A stretch of 64,000 nucleotides of DNA, from the IMG/VR virus record IMGVR_UViG_3300027969_000073, positions 1-64,000 of that record; one strand, given 5' to 3'. The notes under the pieces were generated by a model. The model was not told the DNA's origin and ran no database searches. It saw only the letters and a program-made list of their open reading frames with translations. The first letter of the stretch is position 1, and each line of letters opens with the position of its first letter. Source of the stretch: a virus. The position numbers and the translations under genes were made by a program. Positions 46,986-57,100 of this stretch are shown here, one piece after another.

Positions 46986-49900
46986 TTAAGCTTTTTTAGC
47001 TGCTCTTCTTTTTTGGTATTCCATTGCTATCTGCTGTAAATATGGATTAGCTTCTACTCCATACTCTCCTCCTCCATGCATGTTAGCATAAGCTAAAGCA
47101 GCTAAATTAGCTTTGTCAGCATTAGTTTTTTGTCCAATACCTTCTAGTCCTGCTTGCAAGTAATTTTGTTTAGCAGCATCAATAGCAGATTTTAATTCAA
47201 ATGCTTTTAAATTAGCTTGAGATTTGTTTTGACTATTAAACATGTCTGTTTGCATTTTACTTGTGCCATAAGCATTTTCAGCTTGAGTTCGAATACCTGC
47301 TTTAGTATCAGCTTCATTTTTAGCCAACATAGCTCTGTTAGTTAAATAAGCTCCTGCTCCTGGTGCAGCATTCATCATTCCTCTTGCTGCTCCTGCATAA
47401 GCCTCTTCAGCTGCTCTTAGTTGAGGATTAATATTCATTCTGTATGGGTCTACAGGTGTAAATAAATTTTTAGCATTAGGTACTTTAGATTTTTTACCAA
47501 AAATTCCTTGGTATAAATTATATCCAGCTCCTAAATTACTTCCTACAAATTGCCCTAAAGTTTCATTCATAGAAAACTTATCTTTCATTGCATCTTGTTC
47601 AGTCTTGTAATCAGAGAATTGATTTTTCTTTTTTTCTTCTTCTTCTTTTTCAATCTCTTTTTCTTCTTTTTTTGTAAGATAGTTTGGCATTACTGGCATA
47701 TTTCCTGTATTCCAGTCGTAGGCATTTCCTGTACCTGTTAGCAATGTACCATCATTATTTAAAACTACTCCTTTATTATTTTCTCCTAAAATTTCAGGAG
47801 CTTGATAGTTTCCAAAATCATTAGGAAGAGCATCCATATCTTCACTATAATTAAAAGAAGTAGGTAAAGTATTTTCTTGTGCAGAATAATAAGGATTGTT
47901 TAGATTAGGATTAAATTGTCCGTAATCAATGTTACTAGGACGTAATAATCCGCCTTTTGGATAAAGATTAGTTAATGGCTGCCCCATAGGACCTGCATTA
48001 TGCATATATCCCCCTGCTCTAAATCCTTGATAAGAAGTATCTTGCATACCTGAAATAGGATTAGTTTCTTGCATTTTTGTAAAAGCTCCTAGAGCATCTG
48101 TTCCACCTTGTACAGCAGCTTGTCCTAATACTCCTAATGTATTATTAGAAGCTTCTTGTGGAATTTGTGTTTGTACTCCAGTTAATCTTTCTTGATTAGC
48201 AGCATCCATTATAGCTTGTTGTTCTGCTCTATCTTGTCTATTTCCTTCAATGCCTCCTTTAATACCTCCAGCAAATAGTCCAACACCAGCACCTATTGCG
48301 CCCCCAATAGCAGTTCCAATTCCAGGAACTATACTACCAATAGTAGCTCCCATAGAAGCTCCCTTACCAGCTGCTTTTAAAGCACCTGCGCCTGCTTGAG
48401 TAAAGGCATCGTTGTTTTCTTGCATAAATCCGCCAAAGTCGTACATGTTACCTCCTTTTTTAAATTTTTCTTGGTAATTTACATTTTTTTGTATATAATC
48501 TTCTCTTTCTTGCGTGAATTTATCTAAATTAGAATTTGTAGGAGTAAGAACTTCAACCCACTTTCCCGTTTTTGAATTATATTGTTTTCCTATTGTCATA
48601 GAATTATTAGAAGGTTCTCGTACTAATTCATTAGATAAAGAATCAATTGCTCTTACAGGTAATGTAGGTAACGTAGAAAAAGTTTTAGGCATTCCTTGAT
48701 ATGTGCCATCTGGTAATAAAAATACATCAAAATATTTTAAAGGCATTCCATGCTTCATTGCAATATTATTGTCTTTTACAGGAATAGCTTTAGGAGGTAT
48801 AGTTTTAGGTTTTTTCTCATCTTCTGGGTCTCCCATTAATCCTCCACCGTATTCATACATAGTGCCTCCACATTTATAAGACATAGGGCCTCCATATCTC
48901 ATCATACCTTGTTGCGCTTGCATTTGCTCCATCATAGCAGGATCCATTTGTTGTCCTTGCATTGAAGGGTCCATTTGACCTTGTTGTTGCATCATAGCCA
49001 TTTCTTCTGGAGAAGGCTGTTCCATTGGAGGTTGAGCTTGCTGTTCTTGAGCTTGCATCATTTGAGCCATAAACTCAGGATGTTTTTCAGCCATTTTAGC
49101 AATGTCTTTTTGTAACTCTTCTTCTTTTTGAGTCTCTTGAGCTTGTGCTAACTTGTCTAAATCTCTAGCAATAGCATTTTGCTCAATCGTATCAGTTTCT
49201 CTTCTAGAATCTGTTCTATTGGCTTTCTTAGATGCATCTGCATAAGTCTTTCCTACAAAACGAGAGTTTATATTAAACTGTTTTGCAATACCTTTTGAAA
49301 TAGTAATGTCGTCAGAATAAATAAATTCTTGGGCATTGTTTTTAGTTTCACCTTCTTGTACAAGGTTCATCCCTCCATTTGGATTCATACCTTGTGGTAT
49401 TCCTCCTAAAGGATTTTCTTCATGAGAACCTCCTTCATTAAATTCTGTTAATTGATTCATAAGGCCTCCTTGTGCAAATTTCTTTTCTTTGTTTCCTCCA
49501 AAAATAGTATTACCTCCTCCAAACCATCCTTTAGGAATTGAAGGCGCTTTTCCACTTAAATCAGGCATTTGATTTGTAGGACTAGCAGTAGTTGTGTACG
49601 GTACTATTTCTGGAGTAGTTTGCATATTCATTGGAATGTCTATAGGTCTTAAAGGCCTAATGCCTAAATTATTTATAGGTTGCATTCCTTGTTGTATTTC
49701 TTCTTGTGGGATTATAGGAGTTTCTGTAGTAGTTGCTGCAGGGATTGCAAATTTAGTCATGTCAACTTTTGCAAGTCTTTTAGGAATAGAATTTACCATG
49801 CCCATGCCAGCGCTAACATAATTTTTTGCTTCTGCATAACCTGCTCTTTGAACTGCTTCAAAATGTTCTTTAGGAGTTTTTGCATCAAATACACCGTTTT

Positions 49901-51638
49901 TTCTATAACGAGGATTGTTGATGTAAAAATCTATTTGAGCTTTTAATCCTTCTTCTGGGGTATTGTATAAACGGTATTGCCCTGTTTTAGGACCTGTCCA
50001 ATTATCATCAGCTTTAATACCTCCAAAATTATTAGCACGTTTTACTAATGAAGAAGTACCATTTCCTGTTTCTAAAAGGATTTGTGCAACTACTCCATCA
50101 ATACTTAAATTATCATTAGGACCTAATCGTCCCTCTGCTTTAGCTTGGTTTACATACTGAGTAACAGTTTGATAAATCAATGCTGTTTTTTCTGCAACAC
50201 TCATATTAGCCATAGAAGCTAAAGTAGGAGTATCTAATTCTCCTCCTCCTTCAAAAATATTAACATAAGGGTTTCCTAAAAAACCTCCCATTTCATGTTG
50301 TACTTTATGAGGGTGTCCTTGAACACTTACTGCTTGATTTCCTGGAGTTTTTTCAAAAGCTCCTGATGCATGTCCGTATCCTAGCCATGCTTTGTATGCT
50401 GCGTTTGACTTAAAGTTCATATGTCCTCCTTTTGCGTAAACTGCTGGGTATTGTTCTAAAGAAGAAGAATAGATACTATCATGTAATCCATTACCACCTT
50501 TTTTAAAACTGTCTTCAGGTAAATTAAATTTTCTATTAAATTGTCCACCGTTTTTAAATTCTCTTGAATCATCAGGCATTATAATATTTCCAAATAAAGA
50601 ATGAGTACCATTGTCTCCTTTATATATAGTAGGATATTCTTCTCCTATTCCAAAAGAAACGGGTTTTATATTAAATTCATTAGGACGACCATCTTCTTTA
50701 ATAGGTAAAGAAAATTTTCTTAATCTATCAGTATCTATATCAGAAAAATTATTGTCTTTTGGAGCAATATCATTCTTTTTAACTCTTTCTAAATTTTGTT
50801 GAATTTTATTAATTCCATAATTAATAGGGTATTTAGCGTATACCTCAGCATTAATTACAGGAGTCATTTCTACTCTTCCTGATTCTGATTGGTCTGCATA
50901 ACGATAATTATTTTTACCTTGAGTCATGTCTGCCATAACACTTCCTCTTGCTCCTAATGTTAAGTTACTATGGGGTTTAGTATAATTTATATCACCTTTT
51001 AACCCATACCCCCAAGTAGCTTTATTTTGTCCTACATTTCCTGCAATATGACCTGCTTGACCAGGAATTACTCTATCTTGTAAAGTTCCGTAAAGGTCTT
51101 TATTTTGTAATATAGCTTTTAAAAAAGCTCCTGATGAACCTCCTAAGCCATTTCTTGTTTCAAACTTATAACCCCCTCCTGCTTCTACATTTCCGTATCC
51201 TTGACGCAATTTACTATAACCTGCTCCTAAATCAAATCTACCATATGGTCCTGACCAATCAGGATCAGGATTCATGTTAGTAGCACCTGCTTTAAATTCT
51301 AAGCCCATGTCTGCTTCACGAGGTCCTCTAGTGTAATCTGTGTATGTAGTAGGTTGCCCAAATTGTATATTAGAAACTACCTCTTGAGGATTTTCAAATT
51401 TACTTGGGTCAGCATTATATGCTCTAGAGTTATCAGCATAACTTTGAGTAAAATCCAAACTCATTGGATAATATAATCCACCTGGACTAGGTTTATGAAG
51501 AAAATTTCCTGTAGATATTCCTGCTCTATATCCTAATGAATTTAAATAATTATCATAGTTATATACCAGAGGAGAAGTATCAAATCTCCAAGCATCTGCT
51601 TTAGGTTTTCGAATGAATTTCTTTTTATCGTCTGGCAT
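46986..51638 (-). CDS. Modular virion cargo protein with GH73 glucosaminidase domain
   Basis: AQILLETGNG...NNFGGIKA...NPRY...GYA at about 49800-50100; GGSHEENPLGGIPQG; Gly-zipper segment; many xxGG motifs. Confidence 0.8.
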   Translation of the reverse strand: MPDDKKKFIRKPKADAWRFDTSPLVYNYDNYLNSLGYRAGISTGNFLHKPSPGGLYYPMSLDFTQSYADNSRAYNADPSKFENPQEVVSNIQFGQPTTYTDYTRGPREADMGLEFKAGATNMNPDPDWSGPYGRFDLGAGYSKLRQGYGNVEAGGGYKFETRNGLGGSSGAFLKAILQNKDLYGTLQDRVIPGQAGHIAGNVGQNKATWGYGLKGDINYTKPHSNLTLGARGSVMADMTQGKNNYRYADQSESGRVEMTPVINAEVYAKYPINYGINKIQQNLERVKKNDIAPKDNNFSDIDTDRLRKFSLPIKEDGRPNEFNIKPVSFGIGEEYPTIYKGDNGTHSLFGNIIMPDDSREFKNGGQFNRKFNLPEDSFKKGGNGLHDSIYSSSLEQYPAVYAKGGHMNFKSNAAYKAWLGYGHASGAFEKTPGNQAVSVQGHPHKVQHEMGGFLGNPYVNIFEGGGELDTPTLASMANMSVAEKTALIYQTVTQYVNQAKAEGRLGPNDNLSIDGVVAQILLETGNGTSSLVKRANNFGGIKADDNWTGPKTGQYRLYNTPEEGLKAQIDFYINNPRYRKNGVFDAKTPKEHFEAVQRAGYAEAKNYVSAGMGMVNSIPKRLAKVDMTKFAIPAATTTETPIIPQEEIQQGMQPINNLGIRPLRPIDIPMNMQTTPEIVPYTTTASPTNQMPDLSGKAPSIPKGWFGGGNTIFGGNKEKKFAQGGLMNQLTEFNEGGSHEENPLGGIPQGMNPNGGMNLVQEGETKNNAQEFIYSDDITISKGIAKQFNINSRFVGKTYADASKKANRTDSRRETDTIEQNAIARDLDKLAQAQETQKEEELQKDIAKMAEKHPEFMAQMMQAQEQQAQPPMEQPSPEEMAMMQQQGQMDPSMQGQQMDPAMMEQMQAQQGMMRYGGPMSYKCGGTMYEYGGGLMGDPEDEKKPKTIPPKAIPVKDNNIAMKHGMPLKYFDVFLLPDGTYQGMPKTFSTLPTLPVRAIDSLSNELVREPSNNSMTIGKQYNSKTGKWVEVLTPTNSNLDKFTQEREDYIQKNVNYQEKFKKGGNMYDFGGFMQENNDAFTQAGAGALKAAGKGASMGATIGSIVPGIGTAIGGAIGAGVGLFAGGIKGGIEGNRQDRAEQQAIMDAANQERLTGVQTQIPQEASNNTLGVLGQAAVQGGTDALGAFTKMQETNPISGMQDTSYQGFRAGGYMHNAGPMGQPLTNLYPKGGLLRPSNIDYGQFNPNLNNPYYSAQENTLPTSFNYSEDMDALPNDFGNYQAPEILGENNKGVVLNNDGTLLTGTGNAYDWNTGNMPVMPNYLTKKEEKEIEKEEEEKKKNQFSDYKTEQDAMKDKFSMNETLGQFVGSNLGAGYNLYQGIFGKKSKVPNAKNLFTPVDPYRMNINPQLRAAEEAYAGAARGMMNAAPGAGAYLTNRAMLAKNEADTKAGIRTQAENAYGTSKMQTDMFNSQNKSQANLKAFELKSAIDAAKQNYLQAGLEGIGQKTNADKANLAALAYANMHGGGEYGVEANPYLQQIAMEYQKRRAAKKA

Positions 51639-51681
51639 AATACTAAATTTGAAGTAAAGTTACAACTTTTTTTCTTATTTT

Positions 51682-54123
51682 TTAATCTTGTTTTGTTTGT
51701 TGCCAAGGATTAGCTAATAAAGCTGTTCCTCCTACTGCACCTGTTATAGGAACTAGCGCAGGAAGTGTTCTTGCTTTTTCTGCAAGAAATTTAGCAGGCC
51801 ATCTTTTTAATAATTCTTGAGTATCTTCTGATGTTTTTGTTTTTCCTATTTGACTTTCTAAATTATTAATATTATTGAAATATTGATTTTTTATTTTTTC
51901 CAAATCTGCTTCAGAACCTCCTGCATTTTTTATAGCACGATATTCTGCTTTCATATTATTAAATAATAAATCACCTTCTTTTTTTAATTTAGCTGCATCT
52001 AATTGGTTAATATGTTCTTCTGTAATTGGAGTAGTAAAATAATCATTAATACCTTGAGTTTTTAAATCCTCTTTAAGTTGACGTAATCTTACTTCAAATT
52101 CTGTAGGTTTTGCATGATAATCTAATCCTGTTACATAAGGATCTAAAGTGTTTTCTTCTAGATGAGATCTAGTAAGCCAATTAGGAAGAAGTTCATCAGA
52201 ATTAGTTCTTTGATGGCTTAATTCATGCCAAGTTGCTACTGGATTACTTATTTGAGCAGTTCCATTATCTTCTTGATACATGTATTCGTTAGTATTAGCA
52301 TTTGCTACTTTTTGCTTAAATGTAGGAGTATGTCCTGGCATATAAGCAGCATTTGAACTATGCTTACTAGTGTAAACTCCTGAAGCTCCTTCAGGAACTT
52401 GACTAGGATTATATTCTAATTCATTTTTAAGATTTTCTAGTGTAACCTTTTTGTATTGTTCAATATCTACATCAGGATATTCTTCTTTCATTATTCTTTT
52501 AAACTCAGGACTATCATAATATGACTTCATATTTTCAACATACTCTTCTTGCAAAGATTTGTTAGTCTTAGTATTAAAAGGAATTATTTTTCCACTTTCA
52601 GATTCTTTATAAATAATATTTGGATTAGTCTCTAAATCATGTCCGTAAGTACCAAATACTTTTTCTTCCTGACTTATTTTTTTAAGGTCCTTAAGTTTAT
52701 CTGTTGCTTTTAATACTCCTTTTGCATCTTGTGCTAGAGATTTTACTCCTGTTTTTGTTGCACCTATTGAAGGTATAAATCTTAATCCTTCTAATCCTGC
52801 ATTCATATAATTACCTGCTTGTAAATTTCTATATACTTTATCTCCTGCATCTAGTAAATTAAGATTAGAATTTAATGCATTTCCTACAAGATTTCTTCCT
52901 TGAACTACTCCTGGATCTATGCCTGCCATACGCATTTCATTAATATTACGAGGCATGTTTTCTACTCCTCCTCCTGATACAGCATACTCAAAAGCAGTAA
53001 AAGGATTAGTAGCTATTTCCCAAGCTCTACTTGGTCTATCATCAGGGTTAAATTCTTTTATAGTTCCTTGATTAGGATTTCCATAAACAACGTTTTCCCC
53101 TAAGTATTTATATTCTTCTATTTTTTTTGGATTTAAAAGAATTTCGTTTTTTTGTTCTTTAGTAAGGGTAGCAGAATTTTTTATTGCATTAATAGTTTCT
53201 GCTCTAACAGCTTGGTTTTCTGCAGCACCTTGATTTAATTTATTTTGCATACTTTTTTGCATGCCTACATCAAAACTATTTTTAGGTACAGTACTCTCGG
53301 CTACTTGTGGCTTGTTATCTAATAACGGGGCATAAGTACGTTGGTACTTATTAGTAGTTGTTGTCATTGGAGTAGCTTGTGCATTTAATAACGCAGTACG
53401 CTTTCCTGTTGGGTCTTTTACAGGAATAAAACCTTTAGTATGTTCAGTTTGAATATACCATTGATTGTTTACTTTTTGATAAGTAGCTCCTGGTCTACCT
53501 TTGTATGTATACAATTGGCCTCCATCAGCATATTCTCTATTAATCTTTTTTTCTTGTTTTAGCATTTGCTCAGTAGGTTCTTTTCCTGAACCTGCGTTAG
53601 CTCTGATATTATCCCACAATCCTCTTGGAGAGTAGCTACCGTCTGCACGTTTTAGCATACCTCCTTGAGCATATACATTAGGATTATCAGCATGCCATTT
53701 TTTAGTTGCAGCAACTCCTTCTGCAATAGTATTAGCGTTTGCTTTATTTGTTAAATTAATAGTGTCCCATTGGCCTTTATCTTCAGCAGGATGATTAACC
53801 ATTATATTTCCGTCTGCACTTCTGTAAATTCTATGGTACTCACCATTAGCAGTTAAAAACTTTCCTCCATTTTTGTAATAGTTTCCTAATGCTGATGCAT
53901 AAATGCTGTCTCTAATTTTACCTTGACTAGTTCTATCTACTAATGGACCTCCATCTAAAAAAGGTAAACTAGTAGTGTCTCTAAAGATTTGAGTTCCTTT
54001 ATCAAAATGCATTGGCAATATTGGGGCCATGTATCCTCCGCCTTTATAGTAAGCATCTTGGGCATTCTCACTAGAGAATATGCTGTGACCATTTAATGTT
54101 TGTCTAGGTTGCGCTTTTTTCAT
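51682..54123 (-). CDS. Modular virion cargo protein with C-terminal zincin-like HExxH
   Basis: WHELSH...PTEFEVR; several [YF]xxGG motifs; hydrophobic C-terminus. Confidence 0.7.
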   Translation of the reverse strand: MKKAQPRQTLNGHSIFSSENAQDAYYKGGGYMAPILPMHFDKGTQIFRDTTSLPFLDGGPLVDRTSQGKIRDSIYASALGNYYKNGGKFLTANGEYHRIYRSADGNIMVNHPAEDKGQWDTINLTNKANANTIAEGVAATKKWHADNPNVYAQGGMLKRADGSYSPRGLWDNIRANAGSGKEPTEQMLKQEKKINREYADGGQLYTYKGRPGATYQKVNNQWYIQTEHTKGFIPVKDPTGKRTALLNAQATPMTTTTNKYQRTYAPLLDNKPQVAESTVPKNSFDVGMQKSMQNKLNQGAAENQAVRAETINAIKNSATLTKEQKNEILLNPKKIEEYKYLGENVVYGNPNQGTIKEFNPDDRPSRAWEIATNPFTAFEYAVSGGGVENMPRNINEMRMAGIDPGVVQGRNLVGNALNSNLNLLDAGDKVYRNLQAGNYMNAGLEGLRFIPSIGATKTGVKSLAQDAKGVLKATDKLKDLKKISQEEKVFGTYGHDLETNPNIIYKESESGKIIPFNTKTNKSLQEEYVENMKSYYDSPEFKRIMKEEYPDVDIEQYKKVTLENLKNELEYNPSQVPEGASGVYTSKHSSNAAYMPGHTPTFKQKVANANTNEYMYQEDNGTAQISNPVATWHELSHQRTNSDELLPNWLTRSHLEENTLDPYVTGLDYHAKPTEFEVRLRQLKEDLKTQGINDYFTTPITEEHINQLDAAKLKKEGDLLFNNMKAEYRAIKNAGGSEADLEKIKNQYFNNINNLESQIGKTKTSEDTQELLKRWPAKFLAEKARTLPALVPITGAVGGTALLANPWQQTKQD

Positions 54124-57100
54124 TATAGTACTTGTGGGTCGTAATACGAAATTAAACGATTCATTATAAACTCTTTATTGATATTATTATCAAAATACAA
54201 AGTTACTATAAAATGAGTACTTCTAAATCTTCCTTGTTGAGATACAGAATTTATATCTCTAGGAAGTTTAACTCTCCATTTATCAAATCTTCTTTTAATT
54301 CTCCCTGAAGAAAAAGGTATAATACCTGAATCTTGTACTTGTGTTTGGATTCTAAATCCTGTGATAGTTTTAGTTCTATCTACTTGTTTTAAATCATCAC
54401 GCACAATAGAATTAAACTCTAATGTACGTAAAATTTTATTAATATCAGCATTAGGATTAATTACTAATGTAATAGACGCTTCTTCTACATTACCATAAAA
54501 TTCTCCCCAATTACCAATATTATGAGTATATACAATGTTTCCTTTTTTAGGATTTGCTGATAAAAGTATATCACCATTTTCTATCCACATTTTAGGAGTA
54601 GCGCTATACTTTGAAGAAAATTGTTGCATTAATTCATCGTATACTATTGAAGTAGCATTTAATCTAGAAATTATATTTACTAAATCTGCATATCTATCTA
54701 ACTGTTCTTTTAAATCATCTGGAATACTAGAAGCAATAAATTCAATAGTAACTACATAATATAATCCTCCGCTTGTAATAATATCTCCTGGATAATAAGT
54801 GTCACCTCCTATTACTACTAACACTCTAGGAGTAGTAGATAAGAAAGTGAAGATTACCTCGTCATTAATTCTGTCTTTTCCAATAGTAACTCCGTAACCT
54901 TTTATTGGGTTATCTCCTTGATTTTCTTTTCTATAAAACACTCCATCAGGTAGTGCTTGTAAAAAACTGTGTATTCCTTTTAATTCAGAAAGAGGATTAT
55001 TTCCTTGTCCGTTAAATACAAAAATCTTTCTGTGAATACCATCAAATAAATATATACCAGAGTCTGTAGTTTTTATACCCCATTGGTGAATAGCTCCATG
55101 TTCTTTTGAAATATATTGATGCTTACCAAATCCTTGACCTGTACCTAATTGCGTAGGAACTCCATCATTAGTAGAAGTAATAGCTGCACGATTGATAGCA
55201 TAAGCTCCAAATCCTCTATCTTGAATAAAATAAACTGTATCTTTCCAATTGACGATTTTATTAATTGGACCATAGTCATCTATATCATAATAATTATTTA
55301 CACCAAATTTTGTCCATGCATCAATTTTATCTCCATTGATTTTTACATTTGATAAATATGCTCGGATGTCATTAGCAGCTGAGGTATTATCAAAGTTTAA
55401 TGGTTTAGTAAAAAATACTACATTACTATTTTCTTGAGAATACACTGTATTATAAGCGTACATGTACAAGTTTTCTCCGTACTGTGTATAAGTATTATTA
55501 GTTTCTTGTCTAAGTACTGTATTTTGAGTATCGTTTAAAGCTTCTGTATATTTAACTCCAGTTTTTAAAGTAGCTCCTTGTGCTAAATCAATATTTATAG
55601 AAGACTCTACTGGGAAAGCTCCTGTTGTAGAATAAGAAGTTCCAAAAGCATCAGGAGTACCTGTACCAGCATTTTTATAAAATATCGTATTTAACTCAAG
55701 AGTAGTTCCTTGAAAAGTAAACATGTTTATAAAAATGTCTCCTCCAAATACTTTAGGATTAGTTTCTGTTACAGGAATAATTGGAGAAGCAGAAATAAAA
55801 GTATTAGCCGCTAATACATCATCTGTGTAACCTCCGTAAACTTCTTCTTTAGGAAGAACAATATCTACAATAGGAGTATATAAATAATTAGCTCCTGAAT
55901 ATGGAGTTGATGTAGAGGCTGCTACATCTGGTCCAAAATTATCATAAGCTGAAGAAGCTGGAATTGGCTGTAAAGGGTCAATTGGATCAAATAATAATTT
56001 TCCTATTCTACCTATAATTCCTGTAGCTCCTTTATTAATTAAACGAGCAGGGTCAGCTGGACCAGGTCCGTTTTGTGGGTCATTTATTCCTGAGCCTCCT
56101 ACATTATAAGTTGCAGAGTAATTTCGTAGATAAGTTGCTGTACCTCCTACATCAAATGGCCCAATTATATTATCAGTGTATTCTGAAGTAGAATACATTC
56201 CTACTTTTGATTTACCATTTGCCCAGATTTTAATATTTTCAGGAGATAAACTATCAAGATTATAAGTAGTTCTCATAGTCAATCTGTAATCTTCTGCAAA
56301 TGCGCATAAATCTTCAGGACCTGATAAATCTACTGAAGGTATATAAGTTCCTCCAGGCTGATAAAATGCTCCTGTAACAAGTACACATGCATTATTAGAG
56401 GAGGTAATTAATTCAGGTATATTATCAAAATTGTAAGAAATATCTGCACTATGGTAAGCAATAAAGTCTCCTGGAATACTTCCATAAGTATCGACTGCTC
56501 CATGTAAATGCTCAAAATGAGTTCCTATTACATTTTCAGGGTAAATATGATAAATATCACTACCTCCTGATATTACTGTTCCTCCTACAGGTTGAGTTAA
56601 ATCAAAATCTAATCCACTACCAGTAGGTCCAATTTCAATGTCTGCAAAAGCTTTTATAATACCTGAAGTAATACGTCTTTTATCTACATCAGTTCTTTCT
56701 AATCTTACTATTTGATAACTTTCAACTTCTGATAAAAAGTCTGGGCAAGTAGAAAAGTCTAAAGTAAATTCTACTCCTAAAGCATACCCATAAGTAGTAG
56801 TGCCGCTAGAAGTAGTTAATGGAAAATAATTAGTACCTGAATTATTGGTTGTTCCATCTTGATCGGAAATATCTGGAAATTTAATATCACATAAGTGCTC
56901 TACAAAAGAACTTTCTCCTTTTTTATTGTAAAACACTATTCCAAAACGATAAGTTTCTCCACGTTTATATCCTCGAAGTAATCCTGATATAAAAGGTGAA
57001 GCATTATTTGGAAAAGTAATATTTTGATAAACACCTGCTCCATCATCTAAATCATGAGGAGGAGGAGTAGGACCATAGTCAGGAACATTAGCCTGGTTTA

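Noticed and set aside
48900-49070. Gln/Met-rich repeats (QGQMDP..., QQMDP...) as a repeat array
   Set aside because: Low-complexity coding linker without regular repeat-spacer structure.
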